Notes: generated from the sequence alone by a model not told the origin. A DNA stretch of 60,486 nt from an uncultured virus (IMG/VR IMGVR_UViG_3300025098_000017) (IMGVR_UViG_3300025098_000017), one strand, 5' to 3'; positions 1-10,673 are shown, counted from the first letter of the stretch. A program made the numbers and translations.

Positions 1-330
1 AGCAATACCGACATAGGAGACATGTCTCTTCATAATATGTGGACTAATGTTAGTAGAGAGAATAGTTATATTTTTCCCCATAATCATCGAGATAGTTTTA
101 TTTCAGGTGTATACTATGTCGAATGTAATTCAGATGATGAGATTACATTTTTTAATAATCCCAATGATTTGATGGATAGAAAACCAACAACATTAAATAC
201 TTTCAATTCTGAGTATCATACAATTCCATGTTTACCAGGGAGACTAATCATGTTTAAGAGTAATATGCTTCATGGAACACAATCTCAGAAATCTCATAGA
301 AAAATTGCAATCTCATTCAATTTAAGATAA
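1..330 (+). CDS. 2OG-Fe(II) oxygenase-like protein (TIGR02466-type), 5'-truncated by window edge
   Basis: Motifs MWxN, HxH..SFISGVYY, GxLIMFxSxMxH and RxxISFN; frame is open back to base 1. Confidence 0.75.
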   Translation, partial: SNTDIGDMSLHNMWTNVSRENSYIFPHNHRDSFISGVYYVECNSDDEITFFNNPNDLMDRKPTTLNTFNSEYHTIPCLPGRLIMFKSNMLHGTQSQKSHRKIAISFNLR

Positions 331-360
331 TATATAGTAAGAGTTTGTGAATGCGTCATC

Positions 361-780
361 ATGAAAATTAAAGATACTGATTTGATTCCTGATATTCCCG
401 ATTATGAGTTACTTAATAATGTAGACCAAGAAGATCTCATTGAAGGCGGAAACGCATTAAATGATTATCAAAAACAAGGAGTAAATATAGCAGCAGAATG
501 GTTGCGTAATAAAGGACTGTTTGATGAATCTGAGGAGTTACTTTTATCATACAACTTAAAAACTGTTCCTGTATTTCCACTCCAAGATAGCGAGTGTGTT
601 AGGAGGATGGAAGATGGTGGAATTCGTTGTGTTAATCAGGGATATTTGACTATGGGAGAAGGTCAACAAGCAATTCGATATCCTATTATTGGAATAACAA
701 CAGATGTTATGAGACTTGAGATATTTTTCCAGACATTAAAGCACGAATTAAAAAATGAACTTCAATCTGAAAGTAATTGA
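361..780 (+). CDS. hypothetical protein
   Basis: 139-aa ORF packed within the plus-strand cluster; no recognisable motif. Confidence 0.6.
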   Translation: MKIKDTDLIPDIPDYELLNNVDQEDLIEGGNALNDYQKQGVNIAAEWLRNKGLFDESEELLLSYNLKTVPVFPLQDSECVRRMEDGGIRCVNQGYLTMGEGQQAIRYPIIGITTDVMRLEIFFQTLKHELKNELQSESN

Positions 781-1348
781 TAACGTTATATCTGACGCAT
801 ATCAAGAATATATTAAGAATGAAGTATTGAACACCAATTGGTTCTACAAAAACTTATCTGAGGATACACCAAAACAAGAAGAAGAATACTTTGTTAATGT
901 ACCTGGATTTTCTAATTTGATGTATAGTGTAGATGATGAAAACGTTTTCAATAGACACCTATACAATATTGTTATGCCTCTAGCACATATGGCATGTGAA
1001 AATATAAACTATACCATCAAGGATACTTACTTTGTTAGGACATTCCTTCAGCAACCTGTTATAGGTGCTTCGGGATTATCAAATCCACATGTTGATATGA
1101 TAAATGAGGACCATTTAGTTTGTTTGTATTATGTACTTACTTCTGATGGTGATACTGTATTTTTTGATGAGAAAAGTGAATCCAATGACAGACCATCATT
1201 CAAAGAATATAATATAATTGAATCAGTAACGCCAAAACAAGGACGTGTCGTGTTATTTAATGGTAGAAATTATCATGCTAATATACTACCACAACAAGGA
1301 ATAAGGTCTGTGATTAACTTCTGTCTCGGAGGACATTTTAATGAATGA
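755..1348 (+). CDS. 2OG-Fe(II) oxygenase superfamily protein
   Basis: PHVD...YHAN facial triad, LYYV..SDGDTVFF, PKQGRVVLFNG, distal R. Confidence 0.8.
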   Translation: MNFNLKVIDNVISDAYQEYIKNEVLNTNWFYKNLSEDTPKQEEEYFVNVPGFSNLMYSVDDENVFNRHLYNIVMPLAHMACENINYTIKDTYFVRTFLQQPVIGASGLSNPHVDMINEDHLVCLYYVLTSDGDTVFFDEKSESNDRPSFKEYNIIESVTPKQGRVVLFNGRNYHANILPQQGIRSVINFCLGGHFNE

Positions 1349-1943
1349 ATTATATATTGAAGTAGAAGATTTTCTAAATCCTGATGAAATTACGATTGTG
1401 GAAAATAATATACTATCTAATGACTTCAGTTGGTTTTACCAACAAAACTCTGTAGGTGGATTATTTCCATTTTACTCACATGTAATTTTTGGAAGAGATA
1501 CATTAAATGATGATAGTTATACACCAATATCAAATTCAACATTAAGTAGTTGGATATTACCTATAGTTGAAAGATTTTCTACACTCCATCTAAACAAATC
1601 TGTTGATAAGATATATCGCAGTTGTCTAAATTCTACTCACGGTTGGAATTTACCCTATCCTTATATCGAACCTCATGTAGATCATAAATTCAATCACTAC
1701 AACTTACTGATATATCTAACTGATGAATTTGAGGGTGGTGATACCGTATTGTTTGATAAAATGTTAGTTGGAGATAATCAAAAACTAAATTATGATGTAG
1801 ATGAATACAATCAACTAAATGTTCTATGTAATATAAAACCAAAGAAGTATAAAGTAATATGTTTCCCTGGGTCAATATTTCACAGTGTTAGTAACTTCCA
1901 TTCCAATAACAGAAGAGTAGTTTCAGTGACCACATTCTCATGA
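1341..1943 (+). CDS. 2OG-Fe(II) oxygenase (prolyl-4-hydroxylase-like)
   Basis: PHVD...LLIYL.DEFEGGDT...FHSV...RRVV. Confidence 0.8.
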   Translation: MNELYIEVEDFLNPDEITIVENNILSNDFSWFYQQNSVGGLFPFYSHVIFGRDTLNDDSYTPISNSTLSSWILPIVERFSTLHLNKSVDKIYRSCLNSTHGWNLPYPYIEPHVDHKFNHYNLLIYLTDEFEGGDTVLFDKMLVGDNQKLNYDVDEYNQLNVLCNIKPKKYKVICFPGSIFHSVSNFHSNNRRVVSVTTFS

Positions 1944-2362
1944 AAAGTACCAATGAATGTATAGATTACATTTACTCTATTTCATCCAATATACCTCATA
2001 GTAATATAACTTTAGCATCACATTTGTTTGGTACATATTCCATATTAAAGAGAATGGATGCACCAGAATATGTCTGTTTAGCAGGATTATTTCATTCGAT
2101 TTATAGTACAGAAATATTCAAATGTGGATTAACAATAGAACGGGAAACTGTAAAATATTACATAGGAGAAATGGCAGAAGAGTTGGTGTTTCTCTTCTGC
2201 CATTTTCGTAATAAAGACTATACTATTCTCAAAAGCGAGAATAGAGATTTAATGTTTATCAATCTTGCTAATATGATTGAACATTATAGTGAATTGAAAT
2301 CAGATGATTTGAAAGAAATGATTGAATTGTATCAATGTAAACTTCAATCGTCAGATGTTTGA
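1940..2362 (+). CDS. HD-like metal-binding domain protein (DUF6817-like)
   Basis: PHS..TL.SHL.GTY.IL...VCLAGLFHSIYST...IGEMAEELVFLFC pattern; ATGA overlap with upstream gene. Confidence 0.6.
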   Translation: MKSTNECIDYIYSISSNIPHSNITLASHLFGTYSILKRMDAPEYVCLAGLFHSIYSTEIFKCGLTIERETVKYYIGEMAEELVFLFCHFRNKDYTILKSENRDLMFINLANMIEHYSELKSDDLKEMIELYQCKLQSSDV

Positions 2363-2643
2363 CGATGTACGTCTTTCTCTTCATCACTAAGTGCTTCCCA
2401 CTCAGCAACTGATTCTTCATCCCATTGTTGAGCACAAATTGCACGAACTGCATCAGTCATATACCATTCATCACCACTCAAATCATCTCCAGGTTCAAGT
2501 GGTTCATTCATAGTATCTGAAATTAATAGTTCAGTACCATCTGCTGCTTCATAGTAATGTTTTTTATAAACATATACCATGAAGTCTCCATCTATAGAAA
2601 TCTTAGAAACGACTTCTTTTTCTTCTCCGAATGTATGTGCCAT
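2344..2643 (-). CDS. hypothetical acidic protein, possibly tail-fibre associated
   Basis: 99-aa ORF directly downstream of a fibre-like gene; ends with the VRAICAQQW pattern. Confidence 0.55.
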   Translation of the reverse strand: MAHTFGEEKEVVSKISIDGDFMVYVYKKHYYEAADGTELLISDTMNEPLEPGDDLSGDEWYMTDAVRAICAQQWDEESVAEWEALSDEEKDVHRQTSDD

Positions 2644-2652
2644 GATTGCAAA

Positions 2653-3741
2653 TTAGTTTAGATACGAAACAACAATAATACCAGAACCACCAGCGCCAGA
2701 ACGACCGCTGCCGTAGTCCCATCCAGCTCCACCGCCGCCGCCAGTACGAGCAGTTCCTGCTGCACCACGAGCGCCATTACTACCACCACCACCGCCTGGG
2801 CGTTGTCCTGGCGACGGTGAGGGGTTCCTTGACTGACCTTTACCACCACCCGCTACAGTATACTGGCTTTCTCCAATGGTAAAAGTTCTACCACCACCGC
2901 CAGTATTGCCTGAACCAGCACCGCCAGCGCCACCACCGCCTCCACGGTCGCCTGGAGCACCAGGATTTCCATATCCACTAGCACCAGCAACAGGAGTGCC
3001 AGGTTGAGTGGAGTTACCTAAATTATATCTACCTGATGGATATTGTGCTCCACCACCACCACTTCCTCCTGGTCTTCCATTAGAACGAGCAGGTGGATAA
3101 GTAGTTCCTCCACCACCACCACCGTTAGCAGTAATTGTACCAAATGTACTGTTACCACCACTATTGCCCCTTCCTTGGTATCCACCAGGACCACCATTTC
3201 CCACTGAGATAGAAAGAGCAGCACCAGGAGTTACAGGAAATCCTGATGCAAACACAGCACCGCCTGCACCACCAGCACCGCCAGTTCCAGAACCCCCAGA
3301 ACCTCCACCAGCAACAACTAAAACGTCAACGGCAGAAACACCAGAGGGAACTGTCCAAGAACTTCCTGACAGTTCTTCGGTAAATCTTTGGATAGTGAAG
3401 TTTTTCCAGGTAGTACCATTATAAAACTCGGGTTTACCAGTATCACTATTATATCTAATTGTTCCTACTGAGGGAGACCCAGGTCTTTCTGCTGTTGTTC
3501 CAGTAGGAACTAACATTTGGTCAGCATTACGCATATCTAATGTATTAGTAACATTTAGAGTTGTTGCGTTTTCTGTCGCTACATTATTAGTTGTAATGTT
3601 CGCTGTAGTTACAGTTGCCTGATTGATATTAGTTACGTTGGAGTTGTTTAGACTAATATCTCCAGTATTGCCGATGTCAATCTGCGGACCAGATGCAGGA
3701 ACATTTAATCCTTTAATAGAATTTACTTTAAGTTGTGACAT
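2653..3741 (-). CDS. glycine-rich tail fibre/adhesin-like virion protein
   Basis: PTGTTAERP..GTIRYNSD linker followed by WTVPSGV..VDVLVVAGGGSGG Gly-rich domain ending GGSGIIVVSY; late promoter upstream. Confidence 0.7.
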   Translation of the reverse strand: MSQLKVNSIKGLNVPASGPQIDIGNTGDISLNNSNVTNINQATVTTANITTNNVATENATTLNVTNTLDMRNADQMLVPTGTTAERPGSPSVGTIRYNSDTGKPEFYNGTTWKNFTIQRFTEELSGSSWTVPSGVSAVDVLVVAGGGSGGSGTGGAGGAGGAVFASGFPVTPGAALSISVGNGGPGGYQGRGNSGGNSTFGTITANGGGGGGTTYPPARSNGRPGGSGGGGAQYPSGRYNLGNSTQPGTPVAGASGYGNPGAPGDRGGGGGAGGAGSGNTGGGGRTFTIGESQYTVAGGGKGQSRNPSPSPGQRPGGGGGSNGARGAAGTARTGGGGGAGWDYGSGRSGAGGSGIIVVSYLN

Positions 3742-3923
3742 AGTAATTATTTCTGAAAAAGTCCGTCCTTTTTTGTATTTATAATATATTTATCCTAATT
3801 TTTCCCAACCATCACCCAAACCACCTTGATTGGTATACATTTCAACTTGCCCTAATTCACTATTTACTCGGAGACTTCCAAGAAGAGGTGACCCAGGTCT
3901 TTCTGCTGTTGTTCCAGTAGGAA
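3476..3923. repeat. 34-bp perfect direct repeat (3476-3509 and 3890-3923) in adjacent fibre paralogs
   Basis: gacccaggtctttctgctgttgttccagtaggaa occurs identically twice and encodes PTGTTAERPGS in both genes. Confidence 0.9.
3776..3783 (-). promoter_or_regulatory. T4-type late promoter TATAAATA
   Basis: Exact consensus in the intergenic gap upstream of the 2653-3741 gene. Confidence 0.75.
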
Positions 3924-4161
3924 TTAGCAATTCATCACCATTAAGATTTACAGAACCACCACTAACAACCATATTTGTAGCATTTATTGTAGTAGTCGTT
4001 GCAGTGGTAATGTTTACTCTTGTAATTGTCAATACTCCAGTGGTAATATTAGAACTACCCATATCAAGTGGTTGACCATGACTGAATTTATTCAGATCAA
4101 TAAAAGGTCCACCATCTGCTACCCCAAGTCCCTTAATAGAAGATGCTCTTACTTTAGACAT
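3790..4161 (-). CDS. short fibre-like virion protein, paralog of the N-terminus of 2653-3741
   Basis: MSKVRASSIKGL vs MSQLKVNSIKGL; shared PTGTTAERPGSP motif. Confidence 0.65.
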   Translation of the reverse strand: MSKVRASSIKGLGVADGGPFIDLNKFSHGQPLDMGSSNITTGVLTITRVNITTATTTTINATNMVVSGGSVNLNGDELLIPTGTTAERPGSPLLGSLRVNSELGQVEMYTNQGGLGDGWEKLG

Positions 4162-4187
4162 AATAGTTAATTATTCCCCCTCTTTAT

Positions 4188-5120
4188 TTATGAACCCATG
4201 ATTTCAGTGACAGTCATAGAAGAAATACTTCTCATGTCATTAGAATCTCTATCATTGATATAAAGATCACGAGGCGATCCACTCCAAGATGCAGTGCCAC
4301 AAATTTCATATGTATAGGTATCTCCAGCAGAAACCGAAGTATCCTCAAAACTAAATGTAGTTACTCTCATGTGACTTGCCACGTCTTCTCCATGATAACC
4401 AGTTACTATCGCACCACCACTATTACTATTATTAGAATTTGCTGCTCCAGTCGTTAGTAACACACCGTCACGTTTTACTCCAAATGAATAAACGTGTCTA
4501 CCATTATTTGCTATAGAAGCAGTAATAATAATCTTAGAAGTCGTTCTTGTAGGTGTGAATGATACTGCTAAATTGGGAATAGTGGCACCAGCATCACTCA
4601 AATTATTAGTATTCAACCTATATCTTGTTGCTGGTGTCTGAGCATATCCCATCCCCAATACTGCACCAGGAAAAGGATCTTCTGGTTCTCCACCCCAAAT
4701 TTGCCAATCAGCAGTATCTGCAATAGTAACTGTAAAATTGTCTCTAATTTCTAATGGACCTCTAGTAAATGCATTCTTAAATTTATCATCAAGAGAGGGG
4801 TCTACAGTAATATTCTCATCAATAAAGTCAGGATTACTTCTAATAACACCACCTTTACCTAAAGATGCGCCACCAGAACCTACAGCAACCCAACCAGGAT
4901 TTCCAGTACCATTATTCGCAACATATACTTCAGCAGCACCAGCATTATTGTTCAACTCAGAGTTATATCTAAGCGTTCCCTGAGTTGGAGAATCTGGACG
5001 TTGAGCAGTTGTTCCGTTAGGTAACTTTAAGATGCTCTCACCATCTAAAAATGAGAGAGAATCCATAGTTGCAATTGTTGCAGTAGAAATTTGATTTCCA
5101 CTGATTTTAGTAAGTGCCAT
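4188..5120 (-). CDS. tail fibre-like virion protein
   Basis: LPNGTTAQRP..GTLRYNSE motif; C-terminal domain SFTP..TSKIII...ISSMTVTEI typical of cyanophage fibre tips. Confidence 0.65.
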   Translation of the reverse strand: MALTKISGNQISTATIATMDSLSFLDGESILKLPNGTTAQRPDSPTQGTLRYNSELNNNAGAAEVYVANNGTGNPGWVAVGSGGASLGKGGVIRSNPDFIDENITVDPSLDDKFKNAFTRGPLEIRDNFTVTIADTADWQIWGGEPEDPFPGAVLGMGYAQTPATRYRLNTNNLSDAGATIPNLAVSFTPTRTTSKIIITASIANNGRHVYSFGVKRDGVLLTTGAANSNNSNSGGAIVTGYHGEDVASHMRVTTFSFEDTSVSAGDTYTYEICGTASWSGSPRDLYINDRDSNDMRSISSMTVTEIMGS

Positions 5121-5146
5121 TTTTGACTAAGTTGCTCCGATACTAT

Positions 5147-8100
5147 TTAGATAGGCATTTCAACAATATGAAGAACATCAGTTGCCTGAGGAGGAGTACC
5201 CGAAGCAAATACAATGTTTTGTGCATTACTATCAACAGAATAGTTAGCATCTCCATCGTTAACTTCAGTAGTAGTTCCTCCAATTTGAACTACGCCATTC
5301 AACATAACTAAGAGAGAAGTTGCAGTGTGCTGAACACCGCCAGTAAAAGTAGTAATTGGGAATGTCAAAATACTACCATCAGGTCCATTACTTTCACCAT
5401 TGCGATATATACGACTGACGTACTTATCAGCAGAAATACCACCCGTACCTGTAGTAACTAAGTTACCATCAATTCTAACATTACCTTTTAGATTAGCACG
5501 GTATGAAGTATTTGCAGCAACACCAAAACCTAAGTGTTGTTGCTCATCACCATTATTGTCAGTAAATGTTTGAATATCAATCTGTTCAATATCAGTCAAT
5601 CCAAACTCTTTCCAAACTTGACCATAATAAATCCACCCCAAAGATTTACCAGGAGACCAAGTTGAATTATAAACTAAATCGCCATCAGAAGGTGTATCAT
5701 AGTTAGTGATATTAGTAAAGTTTGGTAGACCATTTGAATCTTCTGGTGCTAACAGGGTAGATTTAATAACCGTACCATCTTGGTTATTATAAGTAATCTT
5801 TCTAGCAATAATATTACTAGTAGAAGATACCTGACCTTGGAATGTGACAGGACCAGCAAATACAGATTCTAACTGGTTAGATGCACCACCAATAACAGTG
5901 AGTTTATCAGTCAGCACCAACTCAGAGAATGTCTCAATCGTTGTATTCTCTTCACCAATAACATTCAGTTGTGCAATATCTTCGTTTGTAATCTGACCTG
6001 TAACAGGGTTAATAACCTGGTTACCAATGAATAGGTCACCATTAGAGTTAAGACCTGAGTAGAAAGCAACACCTGCTTCTTCTTTAATAGACTGCGAGAA
6101 CTTAATCTGGTCAGCAGATAGCGTCTCTACTTGAGTCTGAGGGAATGCAGTTGAATAGTTACCAGGACCGAAACCAAGATATTCAAACGTATGGTTACCA
6201 GAACGCATAATAGAATGCCTTCTAAGTTCTATTGGAATAGGTGCAACTGAATTATCAGCAATATTTTCTCTGATGTTAATCTTTCTAGTTTCTTCATCAC
6301 CAAAACGAGCAGTAAGTTGAACACTAGAAAGTGTTTTGTTAACTGAATTATATGCAGGTTCAGTAGAAGGATCTGCCCAACCAGTATCAGTTAAAAGATT
6401 AACAATTGCCTCTTTCGTAATAGACCTCTTAGGATCTTTATTTGGAGTTGGACTTGCATTATCCGTTGCATTTACGAGACCGATAGTTTCGTTGTCAGCG
6501 ATGGAATAAGCACGATCAGGGTCAGCAAGAGGGTTGTCTCTGTCAAACGAAGGGTAGACTTCGTTGACATTTTGACTGAATTTTCTGTCGTTAAAATTAG
6601 CAGCTGAAGGTGCAACAGATGCATATAAAAGGGTGAGGTAGTATATTCCATCATCGACGCCTCTAACAAATTCTTGTACTTTTTCAATATCATAGATGTA
6701 GAATGTACCATCCAATTTGAATGCAGATGTATTACTATTAAGTGGTTGCATTACATAACCACTCAAGGGATCTCTAGGAAGAGGATTACTCTTGTCCTTG
6801 TCAATAACCATACGAACACGGTAAGTTCTATCAGCAAGGTCTCTAGAGTCAGGAATTCTCTTAATGAATGTTGTTGGTGTAAAGTTTACATTACCATATG
6901 TTTGTGTATTTGTAGTGAGAACTGTATAAATTGAATTTCCAGTTGAATTTACAGACAGATACCATCCACCAACAGCAGATACTCCACCGATAGTGTATGT
7001 ATTTTCATCAAATTGGATTGGAGATCCTGTTTCTCCTGCTGCTTTACCAGATACATCAGGACCATATGGAGAGATGTCTGCGGTTTTAATTTCAGCATCA
7101 GAACCGACAGAAGGGATTAACTTAACGTTAAGTTTATCTGCAACTGCACTAGCACCAGTACCATCTTGACGAGCACCAACACTATAACCTTGTACTCTGG
7201 TTGTTGGTGGTGAACCTTGAGCAGTATATCCATAGAGGTAAAGTCTTGAACCAGCAACTCCTCCACCAGCAGCAAGTGCTTGGTTAATAGTAACTGTTCT
7301 CTGAATATCAATATTCACCCAGTTGACTGAAGTCTCTTCTCCAAAAATAATATTACCATTGACAGTATCAGTGTTAACTACAGATAGTGTAACTATTCTA
7401 GTGTTAGTATTAACAGAAACAACTGTTGCACCGACACCAACATTAGTGCCAGTAACATTCATACCCTCAATAACACCATTAACAGAACCATCGTTTGCTA
7501 ATGTAATATTCACTTCACCACTTGCACCTGTTGCAGTTGTAGAAATAACACTAAGTGCTTTAGGAGGAATGATATGTGTAATTTCTCCTGCTTTATCTTT
7601 AGAGAATGCCTTTGCTTTGAAACCAGCAGAACGAAGTGCTGTCGATCCAAAGTTAGAGTTTGAGTTCGTAATCGACATGTCAGCACCACTTTCAGCAGTA
7701 AAGTGTGTGCCATATCCAACAGCGAACACAGAAACTGCCTGAATGAAAGAATCATTAGTACAGACAATATGTCTATGTGCCCAACCCTTACGATACTCAG
7801 CAAAACCATCTAAGTGAGCACCATCACCTGCTGCTGCATTATCATAATTACCAGTAGATTCGTTAAATCTTACAAACGCTCTATCATCTTTCTGAAGACT
7901 CAACCCAGTGAACTGTGCAACAACCATTGATTTGAAACCAGTTGCTTTAGCACCATTCGCCAACATTCCATTCATACCCCAGACACTTCTCAGTGATAGG
8001 TTAAACGCATAAGGAGATGCAGAGTCAACAGTATCAATTTCAGTCTTAACTGTAACATTACTACCAACAGCATTACCAGAAGGTTCGGATAGCATCTGAT

Positions 8101-9193
8101 AGGTAAAGATATTACCTGATGCAGAAGTTACAGTAAAGGAACCATTATACAAACTTGCATCGACTAACGATTGTGGTCCAGATGAACCAGTAACTCCTGA
8201 GATATTAATGTTAACACCAACAGAGAAACCATGGTCCCTGGGATTATCAAACTCATCAACAGTAACTGCCGTAGCAGTATTACCATTACGAGTAACTTGA
8301 AGGACTCGGTATTCATCAGAAATAGGACCAACGATTCTATTTTCTTCTACTCTTGCCTGGATTTGGTCATTAGCAGGGTCGCCAGATGTATCGGGAATAG
8401 TAGCAAATGCTTTCGATACTTTCTGATAGTAAATTTCTAGGTCAGTTCTTTCTAAGATATTAGGAACAGCAGAATAATCTGCATTAGGAACTGTTTGCTC
8501 TAAACCTCTAGTAGGATCACCAGAGATTAAAGTTTGTAAGGAATTGAATCCATCAGCGAATTCAAAACAAGTAAGTCTATGGTGTGAGAATTTAGGTGCT
8601 AGTGTCTCTACACTATCAGGTTTGTAATATACACCCTCTTCAGCACCATCGAAGAATGAGAATTGCCAGAAATAAGTACCACCAGTTACCTTAAAGATAG
8701 CAGTACGAGGAGGAACTTGTGATTCTGTATTAATACCCTTTGCAGCAAATACTGTAGGGTAAGGAACATACTTAGGAATAATTTTTGTACGACGAAGGTC
8801 AGTACCAACGAGGGAACAACCTCTAGGAACGATAATACCACCTTCTACCGAATTAAACTTATATAAAACATTGTTTGGAGAAGTCAAATCTAAGTTTGAG
8901 TTCTCATCAATGGGAGCAACGTTTGTATATAAAACTTCGCCAGGTCTGTTGTCAACGATATATTCTGCTGGATACAGCATAATCGAGAAGGCATCAAATT
9001 CGTCATTTGATAAACCAACTCGATACGAGAATCTTGCTACCTCAAGAAACGCTCTTTGAATAGACTTAAAGGGTCGTAACGCCGAGTTTCCCCTATTATC
9101 GATAGCATCGGATGCATCGAAATCATCAGGGTTAACGTAGATAATACGTCCAGTTCTGGACGTAATAATATTCTTAAGTCTAGTAAGAGCCAT
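5147..9193 (-). CDS. large virion structural protein (tail fibre/baseplate-associated, beta-rich)
   Basis: 1348 aa; N-terminus IIYVNPDDFDASD...RPFKSIQRAFLE resembles a conserved cyanomyovirus structural family; C-terminal LLVMLNGVVQ motif. Confidence 0.7.
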   Translation of the reverse strand: MALTRLKNIITSRTGRIIYVNPDDFDASDAIDNRGNSALRPFKSIQRAFLEVARFSYRVGLSNDEFDAFSIMLYPAEYIVDNRPGEVLYTNVAPIDENSNLDLTSPNNVLYKFNSVEGGIIVPRGCSLVGTDLRRTKIIPKYVPYPTVFAAKGINTESQVPPRTAIFKVTGGTYFWQFSFFDGAEEGVYYKPDSVETLAPKFSHHRLTCFEFADGFNSLQTLISGDPTRGLEQTVPNADYSAVPNILERTDLEIYYQKVSKAFATIPDTSGDPANDQIQARVEENRIVGPISDEYRVLQVTRNGNTATAVTVDEFDNPRDHGFSVGVNINISGVTGSSGPQSLVDASLYNGSFTVTSASGNIFTYQMLSEPSGNAVGSNVTVKTEIDTVDSASPYAFNLSLRSVWGMNGMLANGAKATGFKSMVVAQFTGLSLQKDDRAFVRFNESTGNYDNAAAGDGAHLDGFAEYRKGWAHRHIVCTNDSFIQAVSVFAVGYGTHFTAESGADMSITNSNSNFGSTALRSAGFKAKAFSKDKAGEITHIIPPKALSVISTTATGASGEVNITLANDGSVNGVIEGMNVTGTNVGVGATVVSVNTNTRIVTLSVVNTDTVNGNIIFGEETSVNWVNIDIQRTVTINQALAAGGGVAGSRLYLYGYTAQGSPPTTRVQGYSVGARQDGTGASAVADKLNVKLIPSVGSDAEIKTADISPYGPDVSGKAAGETGSPIQFDENTYTIGGVSAVGGWYLSVNSTGNSIYTVLTTNTQTYGNVNFTPTTFIKRIPDSRDLADRTYRVRMVIDKDKSNPLPRDPLSGYVMQPLNSNTSAFKLDGTFYIYDIEKVQEFVRGVDDGIYYLTLLYASVAPSAANFNDRKFSQNVNEVYPSFDRDNPLADPDRAYSIADNETIGLVNATDNASPTPNKDPKRSITKEAIVNLLTDTGWADPSTEPAYNSVNKTLSSVQLTARFGDEETRKINIRENIADNSVAPIPIELRRHSIMRSGNHTFEYLGFGPGNYSTAFPQTQVETLSADQIKFSQSIKEEAGVAFYSGLNSNGDLFIGNQVINPVTGQITNEDIAQLNVIGEENTTIETFSELVLTDKLTVIGGASNQLESVFAGPVTFQGQVSSTSNIIARKITYNNQDGTVIKSTLLAPEDSNGLPNFTNITNYDTPSDGDLVYNSTWSPGKSLGWIYYGQVWKEFGLTDIEQIDIQTFTDNNGDEQQHLGFGVAANTSYRANLKGNVRIDGNLVTTGTGGISADKYVSRIYRNGESNGPDGSILTFPITTFTGGVQHTATSLLVMLNGVVQIGGTTTEVNDGDANYSVDSNAQNIVFASGTPPQATDVLHIVEMPI

Positions 9194-9224
9194 TTCTGCT
9201 TAGAGGTCTTTCTTATACAGTTAT

Positions 9225-10664
9225 TTAGTAGATGCCGTGGACGCGAGTTGTAAACTCACTACTTCCATCCTCAAAACCAATTAAGGAGAATACATTATTT
9301 TGAGTTGCTGAGTAAACATGAACTCTTTGACCAGGACCAATGACTAATGATGTAATATTATCTACTGTATTAGCAGACAACGCTGTATCAACTGCAAGGT
9401 ATGTATTAGTATCAATCGCTGCTTTTGCGGTTGTTACTGAACTTACTGTTACATCAGATCTATTAATAGAAGCGACTTTAGGTACGTCTCTAAAGATGTC
9501 AGTGCCAGCAAATTCAGTAGAACCAACACCAAGAATAATTTTTAATGCTGTTCCTGTATAATCTCTGATAATACCATATGACCCTGATGTTTGACTTTCA
9601 ATAGTATATGTAATACTATCTGCTTCAAAAGTGTCCGTATTATCTACAAGAGTACCTACAATATCATATGCGTAGAATTCATCGTAAGATACATCACTTG
9701 TTGTAGCGAAGGTATCATCAGCACCACCATAAGAAGAATTACCAGCAGTTCCAGTTCCACCATCATACCAAAAGATTTCTACAGGGAGTGAGGAATTTGC
9801 AGAGAAATCGTACTGAACGTATGCACCACCACTACCAGCAGTACCATTAGAAGTTTTTCCTGTTGTATACTCAACACCATTATCAGCGGTTGCCGTAAAG
9901 TCCCCATCAGGACCAAATTCTCCATTTTCAGTAATCGATAGTTTGAAATCTCTACCTGACATTGTGCTGTCAGAAACATCAAAACGATACGTTCTATCAG
10001 AGAATAGAGCAGATACTTGTCTATCGTAGTTAGCACCAATAGTAGTCTCTGAGAAGACATACTTACTAGTAGCAGTGCCAATACCACCAACAGAAACAGT
10101 ACCCGTACCACCAGAACTACTAGTTAGAGTATCACCATCTGCAAACTCGGTTCCTGAACCATTGATAGTAGAAGGACCAACAGAAATAAATCCACCAGAT
10201 GATGCAAATACTGTTGCAACAGTCGTATCACCACCAGTACCCTTTGTAACCGTATCTCCCAAATCAAAATTGCCTGTAATTGATTCTAGAGATAAGTCAC
10301 GAATTGCAAATGCTTTAACAAAAATTGTTGTTAGAGTTGGGATGAAGAAAGATTCAAACTTAAAACTTTTTTCTCCATCACCAGTTGTAAATGCCTGTCC
10401 TGGAGTGAATGTTGAAGCAGCAATTGCAGTATCAATATTAATACGATAGTTTGTAACTACATCACCTTTGTGTAATTTATAAGTTGATGCGTCAAGCACT
10501 AACGCTTGATCGTAATCCCTAAGTGCAACACGATATGCTGCCCCAGTACCATCATTAGCAATTTTAAGTAATGCTGATGTTGACTCAGTAACTGAGGAAG
10601 AGTACAACAATGTATCAGTTGTTGCCGCTGGTTTAGCTTGTGCTAGAAGTCCTTGTCTTGCCAT
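9225..10664 (-). CDS. virion structural protein
   Basis: 479 aa, Thr/Ser/Gly-rich, lies in the structural operon. Confidence 0.6.
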   Translation of the reverse strand: MARQGLLAQAKPAATTDTLLYSSSVTESTSALLKIANDGTGAAYRVALRDYDQALVLDASTYKLHKGDVVTNYRINIDTAIAASTFTPGQAFTTGDGEKSFKFESFFIPTLTTIFVKAFAIRDLSLESITGNFDLGDTVTKGTGGDTTVATVFASSGGFISVGPSTINGSGTEFADGDTLTSSSGGTGTVSVGGIGTATSKYVFSETTIGANYDRQVSALFSDRTYRFDVSDSTMSGRDFKLSITENGEFGPDGDFTATADNGVEYTTGKTSNGTAGSGGAYVQYDFSANSSLPVEIFWYDGGTGTAGNSSYGGADDTFATTSDVSYDEFYAYDIVGTLVDNTDTFEADSITYTIESQTSGSYGIIRDYTGTALKIILGVGSTEFAGTDIFRDVPKVASINRSDVTVSSVTTAKAAIDTNTYLAVDTALSANTVDNITSLVIGPGQRVHVYSATQNNVFSLIGFEDGSSEFTTRVHGIY

Positions 10665-10673
10665 TGTTAAAAA

